A stretch of 4,200 nt of DNA, taken from sequence record PP430142.1; one strand, 5' to 3'. This document shows positions 1 through 4,200 of this stretch, piece by piece. Made by a program: the position numbers and the translations under genes. Under the pieces are notes generated by a model that ran no database searches, was not told the DNA's origin, and worked only from the letters and a program-made list of their open reading frames with translations. Numbering within the stretch: position 1 is the first letter of the stretch; the number at the start of each line of letters is the position of its first letter. The DNA is from Enterobacteria phage FrBurgundy.

Positions 1-56
1 TCCCCCCTTAGGGGGTCACCTCACACAGCAGTATTTCACTGAGTATGAGAGGACAT
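1..56 (+). other. 5' untranslated region of a Qbeta-like ssRNA phage genome, with a 5'-proximal C-rich/G-rich hairpin (cccccc 2..7, loop tta, ggggg 11..15)
   Basis: Seen in sequence: C-run 2..7 can pair with G-run 11..15 across a 3-nt loop. No ORF begins before position 45. Resembles the Qbeta 5' leader as I recall it, which starts with G residues that are absent here. Confidence 0.7.
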
Positions 57-1319
57 ATGCCTAAATTACCACGTGGTCTGCGTTTCGGAGCCGATAATGA
101 AATTCTTAATGACTTTCAAGAGCTCTGGTTTCCAGATCTCTTTATCGAATCTTCCGACACGCATCCGTGGTACACACTGAAAGGTCGTGTGCTGAACGCC
201 CATCTTGACGATCGCCTACCTAACGTAGGTGGCCGCCAGGTTAGACGTACTCCACATCGTGCTACCGTTCCGATTGCCTCTACAGGCCTTCGTCCGGTAA
301 CAACCGTTCAGTATGATCCTACAGCACTATCGTTCTTATTGAACGCTAGTGTTGATTGGGATTTCGGTAATGGCGATAGCGCGAACCTGGTCATTAATGA
401 CTTTCTGTTTCGCACTGTTGCACCTAAGGACTTCGATTTTTCGAATTCCTTAGTTCCTCGTTATACTCAGGCCTTCTCCGCTTTTAATGCTAAATATGGC
501 ACTATAATCGGTGAAGGGCTCGAGACTATAAAATATCTCGGGCTGTTACTGCGCAGACTGCGTGAGGGTTACCGCGCTGTTAAGCGTGGCGATTTACGTG
601 CTCTTCGTAGGGTTATCCAGTCTTACCATAATGGTAAATGGAAACCGACTACTGCTGGTAATCTCTGGCTTGAATTCCGTTATGGTCTTATGCCTCTCTT
701 CTATGACATTAAAGATGTCATGTTAGATTGGCAGAAACGCCACGATAGGATCCAACGCCTCCTTCGGTTTTCAGTCGGTCATGGTGAGGATTATGTTGTC
801 GAATTCGACAATCTATACCCTGCCGTCGCCTACTTTAAACTTAAAGGTGAGATTACACTCGAACGCCGTCACCGTCACGGTATATCCTACGCTAATCGCG
901 AGGGATATGCTGTTTTCGATAACGGTTCCCTTCGGCCTGTGTCCGATTGGAAGGAACTTGCCACTGCATTCATCAATCCGCATGAAGTTGCTTGGGAGTT
1001 AACTCCCTACAGCTTCGTTGTTGATTGGTTTTTGAATGTCGGTGACATACTTGCTCAGCAAGGTCAGCTATATCATAATATCGATATTGTAGACGGTTTT
1101 GACAGACGTGACATTCGTCTCAAATCTTTCACCATAAAAGGTGAACGAAATGGGCGACCTGTTAACGTTTCTGCTGACCTATCTGCTGTCGATACATTTT
1201 ATAGCCGATTCCATACGAGCAAGCTTCCGTTCGCTACACTTGATCTCGATACTACCTTCAGTTCGTATAAACACGTTCTGGATAGTATCTCTTTATTAAC
1301 CCAACGCATTAAGCGTTGA
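57..1319 (+). CDS. A2: Maturation protein A2 (420 aa), which in Qbeta-like phages binds the F-pilus and also serves as the lysis protein by inhibiting MurA
   Basis: ORF track 45..1319 in frame. Product begins MPKLPRGLRFGADNEILNDF at the ATG at 57..59, preceded by a purine-rich Shine-Dalgarno-like gagagg at 47..52. Length of 420 aa and the sequence match my recollection of Qbeta A2. Stop TGA at 1317..1319. The lysis function is established knowledge for Qbeta, not visible in the sequence. Confidence 0.92.
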   Translation: MPKLPRGLRFGADNEILNDFQELWFPDLFIESSDTHPWYTLKGRVLNAHLDDRLPNVGGRQVRRTPHRATVPIASTGLRPVTTVQYDPTALSFLLNASVDWDFGNGDSANLVINDFLFRTVAPKDFDFSNSLVPRYTQAFSAFNAKYGTIIGEGLETIKYLGLLLRRLREGYRAVKRGDLRALRRVIQSYHNGKWKPTTAGNLWLEFRYGLMPLFYDIKDVMLDWQKRHDRIQRLLRFSVGHGEDYVVEFDNLYPAVAYFKLKGEITLERRHRHGISYANREGYAVFDNGSLRPVSDWKELATAFINPHEVAWELTPYSFVVDWFLNVGDILAQQGQLYHNIDIVDGFDRRDIRLKSFTIKGERNGRPVNVSADLSAVDTFYSRFHTSKLPFATLDLDTTFSSYKHVLDSISLLTQRIKR

Positions 1320-1339
1320 AACTTTGGGTCAATTTGATC

Positions 1340-1741
1340 ATGGCAAAATTAGAGACTGTTACTTTAAGTAACATCGGGAAAGATGGAAAACAAACTCTGG
1401 TCCTCAACCCGCGTGGGGTAAATCCCACTAACGGTGTTGCCGCGCTTTCACAAGCGGGTGCAGTTCCTGCGCTGGAGAAGCGTGTTACCGTTTCGGTATC
1501 TCAGCCTTCTCGTAATCGTAAGAACTACAAGGTCCAGGTTAAAATCCAGAACCCGACCGCTTGTACTGCAAACGGTTCTTGTGACCCATCCGTTACTCGC
1601 CAGGCGTATGCTGACGTGACCTTTTCGTTCACGCAGTATAGTACCGATGAGGAACGAGCTTTTGTTCGTACAGAGCTTGTCGCTCTGCTCGCTAGTCCTC
1701 TGTTGATCGATGCTATCGATCAGCTGAATCCAGCGTATTGA
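1340..1741 (+). CDS. cp: Major coat protein (133 aa including initiator Met)
   Basis: ATG at 1340..1342 gives MAKLETVTLSNIGKDGKQTLVLNPRGVNPTNG...TACTANGSCDPSVTRQAYADVTFSFTQYSTDEERAFVRTELVALLASPLLIDAIDQLNPAY, recognisable as Qbeta-type coat including the two Cys in the FG loop. The ORF-track start at 1316 is a TTG overlapping the A2 stop and is not the real start. Terminates at UGA 1739..1741. Confidence 0.95.
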   Translation: MAKLETVTLSNIGKDGKQTLVLNPRGVNPTNGVAALSQAGAVPALEKRVTVSVSQPSRNRKNYKVQVKIQNPTACTANGSCDPSVTRQAYADVTFSFTQYSTDEERAFVRTELVALLASPLLIDAIDQLNPAY

Positions 1742-2338
1742 ACACTGCTCATTGCCGGTGGTGGCTCAGGGTCTAAACCCGATGATCCGGTTGTTGTTAC
1801 TCCGGATCCACCGATAGATCCGCCGCCAGGGACAGGTAAGTATACCTGTCCCTTCGCAATTTGGTCCCTAGAGGAGGTTTACGAGCCTCCTACTAAGAAC
1901 CGACCGTGGCCTATCTATAATGCTGCTCGACTCCCGCTTCGCCAGTTCGATGTTGCCCTTGAAGATCTTTTGGGCAATACGAAATGGCGTGATTGGGATT
2001 CGCGGCTTAGTTATACCACGTTCCGCGGTTGCCGTGGCAACGGTTATATTGACCTTGACGCGAGTTATCTTGCTACTGATCAGGCTATGCGTGATCAGAA
2101 GTACGATATTCGCGAGGGCAAGAAACCCGGTGCTTTCGGTAACATTGAGCGATTCATTTATCTTAAGTCGATAAATGCTTATTGCTCTCTTAGCGATATT
2201 GCGGCCTATCACGCCGATGGTGTGATAGTTGGCTTTTGGCGCGATCCATCTAGTGGTGGTGCCATACCGTTTGACTTCACTAAGTTTGATAAGACTAAAT
2301 GTCCTATTCAAGCCGTGATAGTCGTTCCTCGTGCTTAG
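1340..2338 (+). CDS. A1: A1 read-through protein (minor capsid protein): coat protein extended by suppression of the coat UGA (decoded as Trp), about 332 aa
   Basis: Same frame as coat (1340 and 1970 both position mod 3 = 2). I translated 1742..1969 by hand and found no in-frame stop between the coat UGA and TAG 2336..2338 (followed immediately by TAA 2339..2341). The extension reads TLLIAGGGSGSKPDDPVVVTPDPPIDPPPGTGKYTCPFAIWSLEEVYEPP...GNTKWRDWDSRLSYTTFRGCRGNGYIDLD...KCPIQAVIVVPRA, matching the Qbeta read-through domain as I recall it. Confidence 0.86.
1739..1741 (+). promoter_or_regulatory. Leaky UGA stop codon of the coat gene (programmed translational read-through site)
   Basis: tga at 1739..1741 followed by an open in-frame extension of 198 codons. 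Read-through of the coat UGA at a low percentage by tRNA-Trp is established for Qbeta. Confidence 0.85.
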
Positions 2339-2342
2339 TAAC

Positions 2343-2348
2343 TAAGGA
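2343..2348 (+). promoter_or_regulatory. Shine-Dalgarno sequence for the replicase gene (taagga)
   Basis: taagga at 2343..2348, 8 nt upstream of the replicase ATG at 2357. Confidence 0.7.
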
Positions 2349-2352
2349 TGAA

Positions 2353-2372
2353 ATGCATGTCTAAGACAGCAT
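2353..2372 (+). promoter_or_regulatory. Coat-protein translational operator hairpin spanning the replicase start codon
   Basis: atgcatgtc-taa-gacagcat: pairs 2353-2372, 2354-2371, 2355-2370, 2356-2369, bulged A2357, then 2358-2368, 2359-2367, 2360-2366, 2361-2365, with 3-nt loop taa 2362..2364. The replicase ATG (2357..2359) lies in the 5' arm. An 8-bp stem with bulged A and 3-nt loop is the known Qbeta operator geometry. Confidence 0.8.
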
Positions 2373-4126
2373 CTTCGCATAACTCTCTCAGCGCACAATT
2401 GCGCCGAGCTGCGAACACAAGAATTGAGGTCGAAGGTAACCTCGCACTTTCCATTGCCAACGATTTACTGTTGGCTTATGGTCAATCGCCATTTAGCTCT
2501 GAGGCTGAGTGTATTTCACTCAGTCCGAGATTCGACGGGACCCCGGATGACTTTAGGATAAATTATCTTAAAGCCGAGATCATGTCGAAGTATGACGATT
2601 TCAGCCTAGGTATTAATACCGAAGCTGCTGCCTGGGAAAAGTTCCTAGCAGCAGAGGCTGAATGTGCTTTAACGAACGCTCGTCTCTATAGGCCTGACTA
2701 CAGTGAGGATTTCAATTTCTCACTGGGCGAGTCATGTATTCACATGGCTCGCAGAAAAATAGTCAAGTTAATAGGAGATGCTCCGTCCGTTGAGGGTATG
2801 TTACGCCACTGCCGTTTTTCCGGTGGTGCCACAACAACGAATAACCGTTCGTACGGTCATCCGTCCTTCAAGTTTGCGCTTCCACAAGCGTGTACGCCTC
2901 GGGCTTTGAAGTATGTTTTAGCTCTTAGAGCTTCTACACACTTCGATATCAGAATTTCTGATATTAGCCCTTTTAATAAAGCAGTTACTGTACCTAAGAA
3001 CAGTAAGACTGATCGTTGTATTGCTATCGAACCCGGTTGGAATATGTTTTTTCAACTAGGTATCGGTGGCATCCTACGCGATCGGTTGCGTTGCTGGGGT
3101 ATCGATCTGAATGATCAGACGATAAATCAGCATCGCGCTCACGAAGGCTCCGTTACTAATAACTTAGCAACGGTTGATCTCTCGGCGGCAAGTGATTCTA
3201 TATCTCTTGCTCTCTGTGAGCTCTTATTGCCCCCAAGCTGGTTTGAGGTTCTTATGGATCTCAGATCACCTAAAGGGCGGTTGCCTGACGGTAGTGTTGT
3301 TACCTATGAGAAAATATCCTCTATGGGTAACGGGTACACATTCGAGCTTGAGTCGCTTATCTTTGCTTCTCTTGCTCGTTCCGTTTGTGAGATACTGGAC
3401 TTAGACTCGTCTGAGGTTACTGTCTACGGAGACGATATTATTTTACCGTCCTGTGCAGTACCTGCTCTTCAGGAAGTTTTTAAGTATGTTGGTTTTACAA
3501 CCAATACTAAAAAGACTTTCTCTGAGGGGCCGTTTAGAGAGTCGTGCGGTAAGCACTACTATTCTGGCGTAGATGTTACTCCCTTTTACATACGTCACCG
3601 TATAGTGAATCCTGCCGATTTAATACTGGTTTTGAATAACCTATATCGGTGGGCCACGATTGATGGCGTATGGGATCCTAGGGCCCATTCCGTATATCTC
3701 AAGTATCGTAAGTTGCTGCCTAAACAGCTGCAACGTAATACTATACCTGATGGTTACGGTGATGGAGCCCTCGTCGGATCGGTCTTGGTCAATCCTTTCG
3801 CGAAAAACCGCGGGTGGATCCGGTACGTACCGGTGATCATAGACCATACAAGGGACCGAGAGCGCGTCGAATCGGGGTCGTATCTCTACGACCTCTTTTC
3901 GCGTTGCTTCTCGGAAAGTAACGATGGGTTGCCTCTAAGGGGTCCGTCGAGTTGCGATTCTGTAGATCTATTTGCCATCGATCAGCTTATCTGCAGGAGT
4001 AATCCTACAAAGATAAGCAGGTCTACTGGCAAGTTCGATATACAGTATATCGCGTGCAGTAGCCGTGTTCTGGCACCCTACGGGGTCTTCCAGGGCACGA
4101 AGGTTGCATCTCTACACGAGGTGTAA
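2357..4126 (+). CDS. rep: RNA-dependent RNA polymerase, replicase beta-subunit (589 aa)
   Basis: ORF track 2348..4126. The true start is the ATG at 2357 (MSKTASSHNSLSAQLRRAANTRIEVEG...), not the ATG at 2348. Catalytic YGDD motif at 3425..3436 (EVTVYGDDIILP). Length and sequence match my recollection of the Qbeta replicase beta-subunit. Stop TAA at 4124..4126. Confidence 0.95.
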   Translation: MSKTASSHNSLSAQLRRAANTRIEVEGNLALSIANDLLLAYGQSPFSSEAECISLSPRFDGTPDDFRINYLKAEIMSKYDDFSLGINTEAAAWEKFLAAEAECALTNARLYRPDYSEDFNFSLGESCIHMARRKIVKLIGDAPSVEGMLRHCRFSGGATTTNNRSYGHPSFKFALPQACTPRALKYVLALRASTHFDIRISDISPFNKAVTVPKNSKTDRCIAIEPGWNMFFQLGIGGILRDRLRCWGIDLNDQTINQHRAHEGSVTNNLATVDLSAASDSISLALCELLLPPSWFEVLMDLRSPKGRLPDGSVVTYEKISSMGNGYTFELESLIFASLARSVCEILDLDSSEVTVYGDDIILPSCAVPALQEVFKYVGFTTNTKKTFSEGPFRESCGKHYYSGVDVTPFYIRHRIVNPADLILVLNNLYRWATIDGVWDPRAHSVYLKYRKLLPKQLQRNTIPDGYGDGALVGSVLVNPFAKNRGWIRYVPVIIDHTRDRERVESGSYLYDLFSRCFSESNDGLPLRGPSSCDSVDLFAIDQLICRSNPTKISRSTGKFDIQYIACSSRVLAPYGVFQGTKVASLHEV

Positions 4127-4200
4127 CCTGGGAGGGCGCCAATATGGCGCCTAATTGTGAATAAATTATCACAATTACTCTTACGAGTGAGAGAGGGGTC
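4127..4200 (+). other. 3' untranslated region (truncated at the window end) containing two perfect hairpins
   Basis: Hairpin 1: ggcgcc 4135..4140, loop aatat, ggcgcc 4146..4151, extendable by a G4134-U4152 wobble. Hairpin 2: aattgtga 4153..4160, loop ataaatta 4161..4168, tcacaatt 4169..4176. The window ends in gagagaggggtc with no terminal CCA, so the 3'-terminal hairpin looks incomplete. Confidence 0.75.

Noticed and set aside
781-1002. 73-aa ATG-initiated ORF in an alternate frame within A2
   Set aside because: No convincing Shine-Dalgarno element, fully embedded in A2, and not a known gene position in this family; most likely a chance ORF.
1316-1318. TTG at 1316 as the coat start (ORF-track start, MKLWVNLIMAKL...)
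   Set aside because: It overlaps the A2 stop codon. The coat protein is known to begin MAKLETV, at the ATG at 1340.
1434-1619. 61-aa highly basic ORF in an alternate frame inside the coat gene
   Set aside because: Starts with GTG, has no Shine-Dalgarno element, and is Arg-rich in the way expected from frame-shifted reading of coding sequence. Qbeta-like phages have no known gene here.
1920-2174. 84-aa ORF in an alternate plus-strand frame within the A1 read-through region
   Set aside because: Overlaps the well-supported A1 frame, has no recognisable features, and is probably spurious.
1868-2311. 147-aa ORF on the minus strand (and the 68-aa minus-strand ORF at 3641..3847)
   Set aside because: The genome is a plus-sense ssRNA phage and the minus strand is only a replication intermediate that is not translated. 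Both ORFs lie antisense to A1 and replicase and are best explained as chance open frames.
2348-2350. ATG at 2348 as the replicase start (ORF-track start, MKCMSK...)
   Set aside because: This ATG overlaps the Shine-Dalgarno sequence itself. The ATG at 2357 has correct spacing, sits in the operator hairpin, and yields the known MSKTASS N-terminus.
2558-2567. 10-nt exact direct repeat ataaattatc at 2558..2567 and 4161..4170 (the latter in the loop region of a 3' UTR hairpin)
   Set aside because: By my rough estimate several exact 10-mer pairs are expected by chance in a 4.2-kb sequence, and the repeat is a direct copy, not complementary, so it does not suggest a long-range pairing.
3174-3404. 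76-aa hydrophobic ORF (LLLLLVPFV tail) in an alternate frame inside the replicase gene, superficially like an MS2 L-type lysis peptide
   Set aside because: Starts with TTG and has no ribosome-binding site. Lysis in Qbeta-like phages is performed by A2, and the Leu-rich composition is a common artefact of off-frame translation. It would need ribosome profiling or conservation evidence to be taken seriously.
1-4200. Searched for CRISPR arrays, tRNA or rRNA genes, transposon ends, integrase or att sites
   Set aside because: None seen. The window is fully accounted for by a compact RNA phage genome, with no DNA-level mobile-element hallmarks.

Overview
The window is a near-complete genome of a Qbeta-like single-stranded (+)RNA coliphage (Fiersviridae, formerly Leviviridae; genus Qubevirus/Allolevivirus), written as DNA in the plus sense. 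All coding is on the + strand in the classic order: 5' UTR, maturation/lysis protein A2 (57..1319), coat protein (1340..1741), A1 read-through extension of coat via a leaky UGA (to 2338), replicase beta-subunit RdRp with YGDD motif (2357..4126), and 3' UTR. The coat-binding operator hairpin spanning the replicase start codon is present. All four reading frames are intact. The extreme 5' and 3' termini appear to be missing (about 4 nt and about 20 nt), judged against my recollection of the Qbeta reference. I do not see evidence for a previously undescribed system: this is a well-characterised phage architecture. The points worth a second look are modest strain-level differences from canonical Qbeta (a probable 3-codon insertion in the read-through linker, a new in-frame AUG upstream of A2) and the clipped termini. 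No alignment or search was run; protein identifications rest on recognising the translated sequences and motifs.
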